Source: Alphaproteobacteria bacterium (GTDB lineage: Bacteria; Pseudomonadota; Alphaproteobacteria; UBA828). From it: a stretch of DNA of 64,000 nucleotides. A model generated the notes under the pieces. The model was not told the origin of the DNA. It did not search any database and worked only from the letters and a program-made list of their open reading frames with translations. The DNA lies in contig JAJDUK010000043.1 in NCBI GenBank assembly GCA_022826665.1, positions 4,047 through 68,046 of the forward strand, read 5' to 3'. Made by a program: the position numbers and the translations under genes. Positions 8,399 through 17,693 of this stretch are shown here, one piece after another (the stretch's first letter is position 1; every line of letters begins with the position of its first letter).

Positions 8399-9773
8399 GC
8401 TCGCCGAAGAGCAGAGTCACGTTGATCCGCCGGTTCGCGTAGCCGCTCCGGAAGCACACCCCACCGCTCTCGTGAATGAGACTCGAATCGAAGATCACCG
8501 CCCGGTTGCAGCGATAGGGAACACGCACCGGCGCCCGCCCTTCGCGCGCCACGAGACGCTCCAGCGGTGCCGGGTCCAGATTGTAGTCAGAAAAGTGCCA
8601 ATCTGGCGGTGCGGCGACATCGTGCACCACGAGGCCGGCCGCCTCGGGGTCGGGGCAGGCGCTGTCCGGCGTAATCCAGAGGTTGATGTTGATGGCGGCC
8701 TTGTCCGCGTGCTTGCGCGTGCCGCTGCCCGCCTGCCCGTAAGAGAACGCCCACATCTGCGCGAGCCGATGCCCGCCGATGATGCCGCCCAGCCGCTCCC
8801 CCATCTCGCGGGCCAGCGCGATCAAAACCGGGTGGTCGAAGCCCTCGTGCAGATAGGCCCCGAGATAGCCGCCATGCTCCTTGCAGTCGAACCAGATCGT
8901 CGCCTCCAGGCAGAAGCGCTGGAGGGCGGTCAGGGCCGGCGCACTCAGCAAGTCGTCCACGACGACGACGGAGGGCGCAGTCTCGTGGTAGCGCCGTTCG
9001 ATCGCGCCCGCATCCAGGCGGGGGTTGAGCACGGGCGCGATGTCCTCCTCCGGCGGACGGTGGATCACACGGTTATAGACCGGGCCGATCAGCCGTCGCT
9101 CGGCCTCCGTCAGCCGGCGCGGCACCTGCGGCCGCTCTTCGTTGCCGAAATCGTTGAGCACCCGGCATAGACTCTCGCGCGCCTCGGCAAACGCGGGCGG
9201 GAGCCGGCCTCGCTCCAGCAGATAGTCGAGCTGCGCGAGGTCGTGTTTGAGCTTGACCCGCGATGCGCTCTCGAAGGTTGTCTGCTGAGCGGGGTCGAGC
9301 ACGGCGGCGGCGCTGGTCGGATCGGTGCCCCACCAGGCGGAGCCGCGATAGAGCGCGAGTGCCGCGCGGTAGCACTCGACCGCCTCCTCCAGCCGCCCCT
9401 GCCGCTTTAGTGCCGCGCCGAGATTGGTGTGGGCGGCCACCGAGCCCGGCGCCTGCGCGAGCGCCGTACGAAACGCCCGCTCGGCCGCCCGGTCGTCCCC
9501 CTGTCTCAGCGCCAGGTTGCCGAGGGTGACGCGCAGGCTCGCCTTGTCGGGCGCGAGGTCCGCGGCGGTCTCGAACGCTTGCCGCGCCCGGTCGAGCGCG
9601 CCGCGGTCGGCAGCGACGAGGCCGCAGACGTAGTGCGCACCGGCATCGTGTGGGTCGTGGGCGAGGATGGCGCGGCCGATGGCCTCCGCCTCGCCGGCCC
9701 TGCCCGCCTGGTAGGCGGCAAATGCCGCGCTGGCGTGCGGCCGCCGCTCAGAGACGTCGCTTGAGCCCGTCAC
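8382..9773 (-). CDS. TPR-repeat protein with a C-terminal domain of unknown function (His/Asp-rich, possibly cupin/oxygenase-like)
   Basis: 463 aa. N-terminal approximately 150 aa form TPR repeats (AHYVCGLV..., ASLRVTLGNLALRQGD, AAHTNLGAALKRQGRLEEA). The C-terminal approximately 250 aa has conserved H/D clusters (HGGYLGAYLHEGFDH, VVHDVAAPPDWH, LIHESGG). Confidence 0.7.
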   Translation of the reverse strand: MTGSSDVSERRPHASAAFAAYQAGRAGEAEAIGRAILAHDPHDAGAHYVCGLVAADRGALDRARQAFETAADLAPDKASLRVTLGNLALRQGDDRAAERAFRTALAQAPGSVAAHTNLGAALKRQGRLEEAVECYRAALALYRGSAWWGTDPTSAAAVLDPAQQTTFESASRVKLKHDLAQLDYLLERGRLPPAFAEARESLCRVLNDFGNEERPQVPRRLTEAERRLIGPVYNRVIHRPPEEDIAPVLNPRLDAGAIERRYHETAPSVVVVDDLLSAPALTALQRFCLEATIWFDCKEHGGYLGAYLHEGFDHPVLIALAREMGERLGGIIGGHRLAQMWAFSYGQAGSGTRKHADKAAININLWITPDSACPDPEAAGLVVHDVAAPPDWHFSDYNLDPAPLERLVAREGRAPVRVPYRCNRAVIFDSSLIHESGGVCFRSGYANRRINVTLLFGERAEDA

Positions 9774-11427
9774 GGGTCACCTTGAAGCCCGCCGCCTCCC
9801 GGTCCCAGGTCGCGGCGGTAATGCCCTCTTCGCGCAGCACCACCTTGCGCACCTTCTGCGTGGGCGTGCGCGGCAGGTCGGCCCGGAACTCGATGAAGCG
9901 CGGGACCATGAAGTAAGGCATCTCAGCCGCGCAGTGGCGCAGCAGCGCCTCCTCGGTCAGCGCGGCGCCGGGGTTCCGCACCACTACGATCTTCACCTCG
10001 TCCTCGCCCACGTCGGCAGGGACGGCGATGGCGGCGGTCTCCGCAACGTCCGGGTGCTTGTTGACGATCCGCTCGACCTCGAAGGACGAGATGTTCTCGC
10101 CCCGCCGGCGGATCGCGTCCTTCATCCGGTCGTGGAAGAAGAGAAAGCCGTTCTCGTCCATGTGGCCGCGGTCGCCGCTGTGGAACCAGAGGTTGCGGAA
10201 TGCCGCGAGCGTCGCCTCCGGCAGGCCGTCGTAACCCTCCATCAGGATGTGAGGGTGCCTGGCGCGGACCACGATCTCGCCCGACGCGCCGGGGGGCACC
10301 GGGCGGTCCATCTCGTCGAAGATCGCCACCTCGTAGTAGGGCGCCGCACGCCCGGCCGTGCCCCTCGGCGTCGCTTCGTCCGGCCGCGTGTAGACCACGA
10401 TGTTGGCCTCTGTCGAGCCGTAGCCTTCGGTTAGTTGTAGATCAAAGCGTTCGAGGAATTCCTCTTGCACTTCGTGCGGATTGGGCACCGAGTAGATCAT
10501 GCGGAGCGGGTTGTCGGCATCGTCCGGCTGAGGCGGCTCGGCCCAGAGCATGTGGCAGATGCCGCCGACGCCGACCGTCACGGTCGCGCCGTGCGCCCGC
10601 ACGTCCGGCCAGAACTGACCGGCGCTGAAGCGCGGGCGCAGCAGCATACGACAGTCAGCGAGCATGGTGCCCAGCAGGATGAACTTGCCGGCGATGTGGA
10701 AGAAGGGGAGGAAGTTGTAGGTCACGTCATTGGCGCGAAGCGACACGATCTCGTTGAAGACGACGGCGAACGACAGCTCGAAATGGTTGTTGATGACCAC
10801 GCCCTTCGACGGCCCCGTGGTGCCCGAGGTGAACATGATGCAGGCCGTGGTGGTCGCTTCGATGGCGCGCGATGTATCGGCGCCGTCCCCCGATGCGACC
10901 TCCTCCAGCGAGAGCACCACGCCCGGCAGCGTGCGCCGCGCATCCTCCAAGTCGTCGCCGGCCACGATGAAGGTGCCGAGGCCGGGGCAGCGGTCCGCGA
11001 TTCGCGCGACCACGGGCACGAACTCGGCGTCCAGCACCATCGCCGTCACCCGCGCGCTGATCACGATGTGGGTCAGGATGTCGCCCCGGTAGGCGGTGTT
11101 GATGGGCACCTCGACGACACCGAGCTTGGTGGTGGCGAACCAGACGAAGACGTGCGCCGGCGAGTTCTGCATCATCACGGCGCAGCGGTGGCCGGGCTCG
11201 ATGCCCCGCGCCTCCAAGCCGGCGGCGATGCGGTTGGCCTCACGGTTGATGGCGGCGTAGCTGTAATCCAGCCCGGACCAGTGCATCACCGGATGGTCGG
11301 GGCGTTCGGCCGCGCGCTGCTCGAGGACACGATGGACCAGCCACGTCTCGGGCTCCTTGCCGATGGTCAGCATCGCGCGCCGCTGCTCGTCATATCGCCA
11401 GAATGGAGACCCATTGTTTGATGTCAA
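9748..11427 (-). CDS. AMP-dependent synthetase/ligase (acyl-CoA synthetase family)
   Basis: 559 aa. TSGTTGPSKGV AMP-binding motif, GYGSTE, and a C-terminal conserved Lys (PRTPTQKVRK). Confidence 0.85.
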   Translation of the reverse strand: MTSNNGSPFWRYDEQRRAMLTIGKEPETWLVHRVLEQRAAERPDHPVMHWSGLDYSYAAINREANRIAAGLEARGIEPGHRCAVMMQNSPAHVFVWFATTKLGVVEVPINTAYRGDILTHIVISARVTAMVLDAEFVPVVARIADRCPGLGTFIVAGDDLEDARRTLPGVVLSLEEVASGDGADTSRAIEATTTACIMFTSGTTGPSKGVVINNHFELSFAVVFNEIVSLRANDVTYNFLPFFHIAGKFILLGTMLADCRMLLRPRFSAGQFWPDVRAHGATVTVGVGGICHMLWAEPPQPDDADNPLRMIYSVPNPHEVQEEFLERFDLQLTEGYGSTEANIVVYTRPDEATPRGTAGRAAPYYEVAIFDEMDRPVPPGASGEIVVRARHPHILMEGYDGLPEATLAAFRNLWFHSGDRGHMDENGFLFFHDRMKDAIRRRGENISSFEVERIVNKHPDVAETAAIAVPADVGEDEVKIVVVRNPGAALTEEALLRHCAAEMPYFMVPRFIEFRADLPRTPTQKVRKVVLREEGITAATWDREAAGFKVTRDGLKRRL

Positions 11428-11575
11428 CGCCCGGCGGTGGACGCTGGGCTACCTTGCGCACGCTTTCCCGCCTTGACGGCGGTAGGCCGGGTTTTCATAG
11501 TGCACGGAAGTGTGTTCCCCGCGTCTGGACAGGGCGGAGCGGGGCCGCGAATCCCAGGCAAAAGGAGCGGAGCGC

Positions 11576-13300
11576 ATGGCTGAGAGCGAAGCGCAAGGCA
11601 GTGCACATCCCTGGGAGAAGTCGTACCCGGAGAACGTCGACTGGAACGCGCCGCTACCCAGCGGGGCGCTCCACCGATTGCTCGACGATGCCGTCGCCCG
11701 CTTCGGCGACCGGCCCGCGATCGACTTCATGGACAAGATCACGAGCTACCGGGAGCTCGGTGAGCAGGCGAACAAGGCGGCCGGAGGATTTCAGAAGCTC
11801 GGTGTCGGCAAGGGCAAGAAGGTCGGCATCCTGCTGCCCAATTGTCCGGCCTTCGTCGCCGTCTATTACGGCGTGCTCAAGGCCGGCGGGACGGTGGTCA
11901 ACGTCAACCCGCTCTATGCCATCGAAGAGATCAAGAGCCAGATCGAGGATTCGGAGACCGATATTCTGGTCACACTCGACCTCTCCATCCTCTACGACAA
12001 GGCCCGAATCGCGCTCGACCAGACGCGGCTCACCCATCTCGTGATCGTTTCCATGGCGGAGATGCTGCCGGGCCTCAAGAAGCTGCTCTTCCCCATCGTC
12101 AAGCGCAGCGAAATCGCCAAGGTGCCGCGCGATGCCCGTCATGTGCGCTTCAGCGCGCTGCTCGACAACCCAGGCAGGCCGTCGCCGGTCGAGATCGACG
12201 CCAAGGAAGATATCGCGGTGCTTCAGTACACCGGCGGCACCACCGGCACCTCGAAAGGCGCGATGCTGACCCACGCCAACCTCAGCGCGAACGTGGCGCA
12301 AGGGGCGATGATGATGCCCGGCGCCGAGGAAGGCCGCGAGGTCATGATCGGCGTGCTGCCGCTCTTCCACGTCTTCGCCATGGCCGTGGTGATGAACTAC
12401 AGCATCCGGATCGGCGCCAAGATGGTCCTGCTGCCGCGCTTCGAGCTCGACACCGTGCTCAAGGTCGTCCACAAGAAGCGCCCGACCTTCTTCCCCGCAG
12501 TGCCGACGATCTACATCGCGATCAACGGCCACCCGGACGTGGCGGCCGGCAAGTACGACCTCTCCTCCATCAAGCTCTGCCTTTCGGGCGGCGCCTCGCT
12601 GCCGCGCGAGGTGCAGGAGAAGTTCCAGGAGATCTCGGGCTGCACGCTGGTGGAAGGCTACGGTCTCAGCGAGACCTCCCCGATTGCGACCTGCAACCCG
12701 ACCACGCCCGGCGGCAGCCGTGAAGGCTCCCTCGGCGTGCCGGTGCCCGGCACCGTGGTCGAAATCTGCTCGATCGACGAGCCGGAGACGGTGCTGCCGC
12801 AAGGCGAGATCGGCGAGATCTGCATCTCCGGCCCGCAGGTGATGAAGGGCTACTGGAAGCGCGACGAGGAGAACGAGCGCGCCTTCGCCGGCGGGCGCTT
12901 CCACACCGGCGATGTCGGCAAGATCGACGAGGACGGCTACGTCTATCTCATCGACCGGCTCAAGGAGGTCATCATCGCCGGCGGCTACAACATCTACCCG
13001 CGCCACGTGGAAGAGGCGATCTACAAGCACCCGTCGGTGCTGGAGGTGACGGTCATCGGCGTCGACGACGCCCGCCGCCAGCAGACCGTCAAGGCCTTCG
13101 TCCGCCTCAAGGACGGCGAGAGCCTGACGGACGATGCGCTGACGGAGTTCCTCAAGGACAAGCTCTCGCCCATCGAGATGCCCAAGCAGATCGAGTTCCG
13201 TGACGAGCTGCCAAAGACCATCATCGGCAAGCTCTCCAAGAAGGAGCTGATAGCCGAAGAAGCCGCCAAACAGGGCGCGACCGCCGCCGGCTCCGGTTGA
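11576..13300 (+). CDS. fadD: long-chain-fatty-acid--CoA ligase
   Basis: ATG at 11576 is preceded by AAAGGAGCGG. YTGGTTGTSKGAML AMP-binding motif and GYGLSETS, about 575 aa. Confidence 0.85.
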   Translation: MAESEAQGSAHPWEKSYPENVDWNAPLPSGALHRLLDDAVARFGDRPAIDFMDKITSYRELGEQANKAAGGFQKLGVGKGKKVGILLPNCPAFVAVYYGVLKAGGTVVNVNPLYAIEEIKSQIEDSETDILVTLDLSILYDKARIALDQTRLTHLVIVSMAEMLPGLKKLLFPIVKRSEIAKVPRDARHVRFSALLDNPGRPSPVEIDAKEDIAVLQYTGGTTGTSKGAMLTHANLSANVAQGAMMMPGAEEGREVMIGVLPLFHVFAMAVVMNYSIRIGAKMVLLPRFELDTVLKVVHKKRPTFFPAVPTIYIAINGHPDVAAGKYDLSSIKLCLSGGASLPREVQEKFQEISGCTLVEGYGLSETSPIATCNPTTPGGSREGSLGVPVPGTVVEICSIDEPETVLPQGEIGEICISGPQVMKGYWKRDEENERAFAGGRFHTGDVGKIDEDGYVYLIDRLKEVIIAGGYNIYPRHVEEAIYKHPSVLEVTVIGVDDARRQQTVKAFVRLKDGESLTDDALTEFLKDKLSPIEMPKQIEFRDELPKTIIGKLSKKELIAEEAAKQGATAAGSG

Positions 13301-13354
13301 ACACGGCCCGGCGCCGCCACACATAGCATCTGACAAAGCAAGAGGCCCCAGTCC

Positions 13355-14491
13355 ATGAATAACGCCGTCATTGCCGGCTACGTCCGCTCGCCCTTTCACT
13401 TCGCCCACAAGGGCGCGCTGGTCGAGAAGCGCCCCGACGATCTCGCCGCCGAGGTCGTGCAGGGCCTGCTCGCCCAGACCGGCGTCGATCCCGCCGAGAT
13501 CGAGGACCTGATCATCGGCTGCGCCTTCCCCGAGGGCGAGCAGGGCTTCAACATGGGCCGCATCGTGGCGCTGATCGCGGAGCTGCCGATCTCGGTCGCC
13601 GGTGCCACCGTCAACCGCTTCTGCGGCTCGTCCATGCAGGCGATCCACATCGCCGCCGGCGCGATCCGCATGGACGCCGGCGAGGCCTTCGTCTGCGCCG
13701 GCGTCGAATCCATGAGCCGCGTGCCCATGGGCGGCTTCAACCCGGCGCCCAACCCCGATCTCTACGAGAAGAACGAGGGCGCCTACATGTCCATGGGCGA
13801 GACTGCCGAGAACCTCGCCCGCAAGTATCAGATCACCCGCGAGGAGCAGGAGTCGCTCGCGGTCGCGAGCCACGCCCGCGCCGCCGCCGCCTGGGACGAC
13901 GGAAAGTACGAGGGCGAGGTGATCGCGGTCGAGACCGCAGACGGCACGGTGGAGCGCGACGGCTGCATTCGCCCCGGCACCAATGCCGAGGTCCTGGCCG
14001 GACTCGAGCCCGCCTTCGATGCCGAGGGCACGGTGACCGCCGGCACCTCGTCGCCGCTCACCGATGGCGCCGCCGCTGTGCTGGTCTGCACGGAGGGCTA
14101 CGCCCAGCGCAACGGGCTTAACGTGCTCGCACGCATCAAGGCGATCGCGGTCGCCGGATGCGCGCCCGAGATCATGGGCTACGGCCCGGTGGTCTCGTCG
14201 GAGAAGGCGCTCGCGCGCGCCGGCCTCAAGATGTCCGACGTCGACGTGATCGAGCTCAACGAGGCCTTCGCGGTGCAGGCGCTCGCCTGCGTGCGCGAGC
14301 TTTCCATCGATCTCGACCGCATGAACATCGACGGCGGCGCCATCGCCATCGGCCATCCTTTGGGCGCCACCGGCGCGCGCATCACCGGCAAGGCGGCGCA
14401 GATTCTCCGCCGCGAGGACAAGCGCTACGCGCTCGCCACCCAGTGCATCGGCGGCGGCCAGGGCATCTCCACCGTGCTCGAGGCCGCCTGA
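13355..14491 (+). CDS. fadA: acetyl-CoA C-acyltransferase (thiolase)
   Basis: 378 aa. NRFCGSSMQA active-site Cys region and a C-terminal CIGGGQG motif. Confidence 0.9.
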   Translation: MNNAVIAGYVRSPFHFAHKGALVEKRPDDLAAEVVQGLLAQTGVDPAEIEDLIIGCAFPEGEQGFNMGRIVALIAELPISVAGATVNRFCGSSMQAIHIAAGAIRMDAGEAFVCAGVESMSRVPMGGFNPAPNPDLYEKNEGAYMSMGETAENLARKYQITREEQESLAVASHARAAAAWDDGKYEGEVIAVETADGTVERDGCIRPGTNAEVLAGLEPAFDAEGTVTAGTSSPLTDGAAAVLVCTEGYAQRNGLNVLARIKAIAVAGCAPEIMGYGPVVSSEKALARAGLKMSDVDVIELNEAFAVQALACVRELSIDLDRMNIDGGAIAIGHPLGATGARITGKAAQILRREDKRYALATQCIGGGQGISTVLEAA

Positions 14492-16818
14492 TGGCCATCC
14501 AGAAGGCCGCCGTCATCGGGGCGGGACTGATGGGCGGCGGAATCGCCGCCCACATCGCCAATGCCGGCCACGACGTGGTGCTGCTCGACATCGTGCCGGA
14601 GGGCGCGAAAGACCGGAACGCGCTCGCCGAGGGTTCGGTGGCGCGGATGCTCAAGACCGATCCCGCGCCCTTCATGGCGAAGTCGGACGCCAAGCGCATC
14701 GCCACCGGCAACGTCGAAGACCACCTGAACCTGCTCGGCGATGCGGACTGGATCGTCGAGGCGGTGATCGAAAAGGTGGAGGCCAAGCAGGCCATCTACC
14801 GCAAGATCGATTCGGTGCGGAAGGCGGGGTCGATCGTTTCGTCCAACACCTCGACCATCCCGTCCAGCATCCTGCTCGACGGCCTGCCGGAGGAATTCGC
14901 GCGGGACTTCCTCATCACCCACTTCTTCAACCCGCCGCGCTACATGCGGCTGCTGGAGGTGGTGGCAGGGCCGCAGACGCGGGCGGAGGCGGTGGCCGAG
15001 GTCTGCGACTTCGCCGACCGCAAGCTCGGCAAGGGCGTGGTGCCCTGCAACGACACACCGGGCTTCATCGCAAACCGCATCGGCACCTACTGGCTGGTCG
15101 CCGCCGTGCGCGCGGCGGTCGAGAACGGGGTGACGGTGGAGGAAGCGGACGCCGTCCTCAGCCGCCCCATCGGCGTGCCCAAGACCGGCGTGTTCGGCCT
15201 GATCGACCTGGTCGGCCTCGACCTGATGCCGCTGGTGGGCCGCAGCCTGAAGGAGTCGCTGCCCGAGAGCGATGCCTTCCACGCGGTCTACGACGAGCCC
15301 GCGTTCATCACGGAGATGATCGAGACCGGCTACATCGGCCGCAAGGGCAAGGGCGGCTTCTACCGGCTCAAGCCCGACTCGGAGACGAAAGAGAAGGAGG
15401 TGCGCGACCTCGCCACCGGCGCGTACGGCCCCGCCCGGCGCCCGCGGCTGGAGAGCATCGAGCAGGCCGGGCGCTCGCTCCGCGCGCTCTTTGAGCACCC
15501 CGACAAGACCGGGGCCTACGCCTGGCAGGTGATGTCGGGCACGCTCGCCTACACCGCCGGCCTGGTGCCAGAGATCGCCGACCATGTCGAGGCGGTCGAT
15601 CGCGCCATGCGGCTTGGCTACAACTGGAAGCGCGGGCCGTTCGAGCTGATCGACGAGGTGGGCGCCGGCTGGTTCGCGGACAAGTTGGCCCAAGAGGGCA
15701 GGGAGGTGCCGCCCCTGCTGCGGGCGGCGGCGGATAGCGACGGCTTCTACCGGATCGCCGACGGCCGCGCCGACCATCTCGCTGGTAGTGGCAACTACAC
15801 GCCGCTCACGCGGCCCGACGGCGTGCTGCTCCTCTCCGACATCAAGCGCAGCAGCAAGCCGCTCGCCAGCAACGCCTCGGCGAGCCTCTGGGACATCGGC
15901 GACGGCGTCGCCTGCCTCGAATTCCATTCCAAGATGAACGCGCTGGACACCGAGATCATGGCGCTGGTCGAGCAGTCGGTGGAGATCGTGGGCGAGCGCA
16001 TGACCGCGCTGGTGATCCACAACGAGGGCAGCAACTTCTCCGTCGGCATGAACCTCGGCCTCGCGCTCTTCGTCGTCAACGTCGGCGCCTGGCCGATGAT
16101 CGAGGAGACGGTGAAGCAGGGTCAGGCCGCCTTCCGGGGCCTCAAGTTCGCGCCCTTCCCGGTGGTGGGCGCGCCGTCGGGCATGGCGCTCGGCGGCGGC
16201 TGCGAGGTGCTGTTGCACTGCGACGCGGTGCAGGCCCATGCCGAGAGCTACATGGGCTTGGTCGAGGTCGGCGTCGGGCTCGTGCCCGGCTGGGGCGGCT
16301 GCAAGGAGATGATGCTGCGGGGGCTCACCGTCGGCCGGCAAGGATTCGGCGGCGCCATGCCGGCGATCTCCAAGGTGTTCGAGACCATCGGCCTCGCCAA
16401 GGTCTCGCGCTCCGCGAAGCAGGCGCAGAGCCTCGGGTTCCTGCGCGAAGGCGACGGCATCAGCGCCAACCGCGACCGCTTGCTGGCCGATGCCAAGGCC
16501 AAGGCGCTGGCTCTGGCGGAGGACTACACCCCGCCGGAGCCCGCCGTGGTCAAGCTGCCAGGCAAGACCGGCCGCGTCGCGCTCAAGATGGCGGTCAAGG
16601 GGCTCGCCAAGACCCGCAAGGCGACTGCGCACGATCTGGTGGTGGTGGAGCATCTTGGCAACGTGCTCACCGGCGGCGAGACCGACGCGGTGCGGGAGAT
16701 CCCGGAGGACCGCCTCTCCGAGCTGGAGTGCGAGGCGCTGCTCGCGCTGATCCGCACGCCCGGCACCATCGCCCGCATGGAGCACATGCTGGAGACCGGC
16801 AAGCCGCTCAGGAACTAG
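14491..16818 (+). CDS. 3-hydroxyacyl-CoA dehydrogenase / enoyl-CoA hydratase bifunctional protein (dehydrogenase domain N-terminal)
   Basis: ATG overlaps the thiolase stop (ATGA). N-terminal AVIGAGLMGGGIAAHIA NAD-binding 3HCDH domain and a C-terminal crotonase fold (GMALGGGCEV). Confidence 0.9.
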   Translation: MAIQKAAVIGAGLMGGGIAAHIANAGHDVVLLDIVPEGAKDRNALAEGSVARMLKTDPAPFMAKSDAKRIATGNVEDHLNLLGDADWIVEAVIEKVEAKQAIYRKIDSVRKAGSIVSSNTSTIPSSILLDGLPEEFARDFLITHFFNPPRYMRLLEVVAGPQTRAEAVAEVCDFADRKLGKGVVPCNDTPGFIANRIGTYWLVAAVRAAVENGVTVEEADAVLSRPIGVPKTGVFGLIDLVGLDLMPLVGRSLKESLPESDAFHAVYDEPAFITEMIETGYIGRKGKGGFYRLKPDSETKEKEVRDLATGAYGPARRPRLESIEQAGRSLRALFEHPDKTGAYAWQVMSGTLAYTAGLVPEIADHVEAVDRAMRLGYNWKRGPFELIDEVGAGWFADKLAQEGREVPPLLRAAADSDGFYRIADGRADHLAGSGNYTPLTRPDGVLLLSDIKRSSKPLASNASASLWDIGDGVACLEFHSKMNALDTEIMALVEQSVEIVGERMTALVIHNEGSNFSVGMNLGLALFVVNVGAWPMIEETVKQGQAAFRGLKFAPFPVVGAPSGMALGGGCEVLLHCDAVQAHAESYMGLVEVGVGLVPGWGGCKEMMLRGLTVGRQGFGGAMPAISKVFETIGLAKVSRSAKQAQSLGFLREGDGISANRDRLLADAKAKALALAEDYTPPEPAVVKLPGKTGRVALKMAVKGLAKTRKATAHDLVVVEHLGNVLTGGETDAVREIPEDRLSELECEALLALIRTPGTIARMEHMLETGKPLRN

Positions 16819-16856
16819 CTGGACAAGCGAGAGCGGTAAGGCGGGGGAGGGGCGAC

Positions 16857-17693
16857 ATGAGTGGCGTGGCCTGGACCCTCGCAGTCGCGCAGATGGATTG
16901 CGCCACCGGGGACACGGAAAGCAACCTCGCGACCATCGCCCGTTTCGCCGGCGAGGCCGCGATCCAGCACGTCGACCTCGTGGTCTTTCCCGAATGTGCC
17001 ATCACCGGCTATTTCCTCGGGGACCGGCTCGCGGACCTGGCGGAGCCGCCCGATGGGCCGAGCGCGCAGCGCCTCGGCGAGATCGCGCGGGAGAATGGAC
17101 TCACGATGGCGGTCGGCGCCTATACGCAGCGCGACGGCGGCATCTACGATTCGCAGCTCCTGTTCGGACCCGACGGGCAATGCCTTGCGGTCTACGACAA
17201 GGCGCACCTCTTCGCGAGCGAGCGCGAGAGCTGCCGCGCTGGCGACGAGGCGCGGGTGGTGGACACCGCGCTCGGCAAGGTCGGGATGACGGTCTGCTAC
17301 GACTTCATCTTTGCCGACTACGTGCGGCGCCTGGGCGATCTCGGCGCCGATCTCATCGTCAACAGCACTAACTGGATCGCCGACGCCTACCAGCGCGAGA
17401 CCTGGGGCTGGAGCGGGTCGGTCACGCAAGGGCTCGCCGCCACGCGCGCGCTGGAGAACGGCACCTTCGTCGCCATGGCCAACCGCGTCGGTGTCGAAGA
17501 GCTGACGCCCGAGCTTACCTTCACCAGCCTCGGCCACTCCTGCATCGCCGGCCCCTCCGGCAAGATTCTGGCGGCGCTGACATTAGGGGAGGGGCTGGCC
17601 GTCGCGCGGATCGACATCGCGCAGGAGGACCTCGATCGCTGGCGCGCAATCGCAACCTACCGTGGGGACCGCCGCCCCGAGCTGACGTCATGA
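16857..17693 (+). CDS. carbon-nitrogen hydrolase (nitrilase superfamily)
   Basis: 278 aa. Glu-Lys-Cys triad contexts VFPECAITGY, YDKAHLF and MTVCYDFIF. Confidence 0.8.
   Translation: MSGVAWTLAVAQMDCATGDTESNLATIARFAGEAAIQHVDLVVFPECAITGYFLGDRLADLAEPPDGPSAQRLGEIARENGLTMAVGAYTQRDGGIYDSQLLFGPDGQCLAVYDKAHLFASERESCRAGDEARVVDTALGKVGMTVCYDFIFADYVRRLGDLGADLIVNSTNWIADAYQRETWGWSGSVTQGLAATRALENGTFVAMANRVGVEELTPELTFTSLGHSCIAGPSGKILAALTLGEGLAVARIDIAQEDLDRWRAIATYRGDRRPELTS

Noticed and set aside
11654-14356. 900-aa minus-strand ORF antisense to fadD and the thiolase gene
   Set aside because: Antisense to two strongly supported genes. Ala/Gly/Arg/Asp-biased low-complexity translation. A GC-frame artefact.
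14425-16785. 786-aa minus-strand ORF antisense to the fadB-like gene
   Set aside because: Same reasoning: the sense strand encodes a clearly conserved bifunctional enzyme, and the antisense product is low-complexity.
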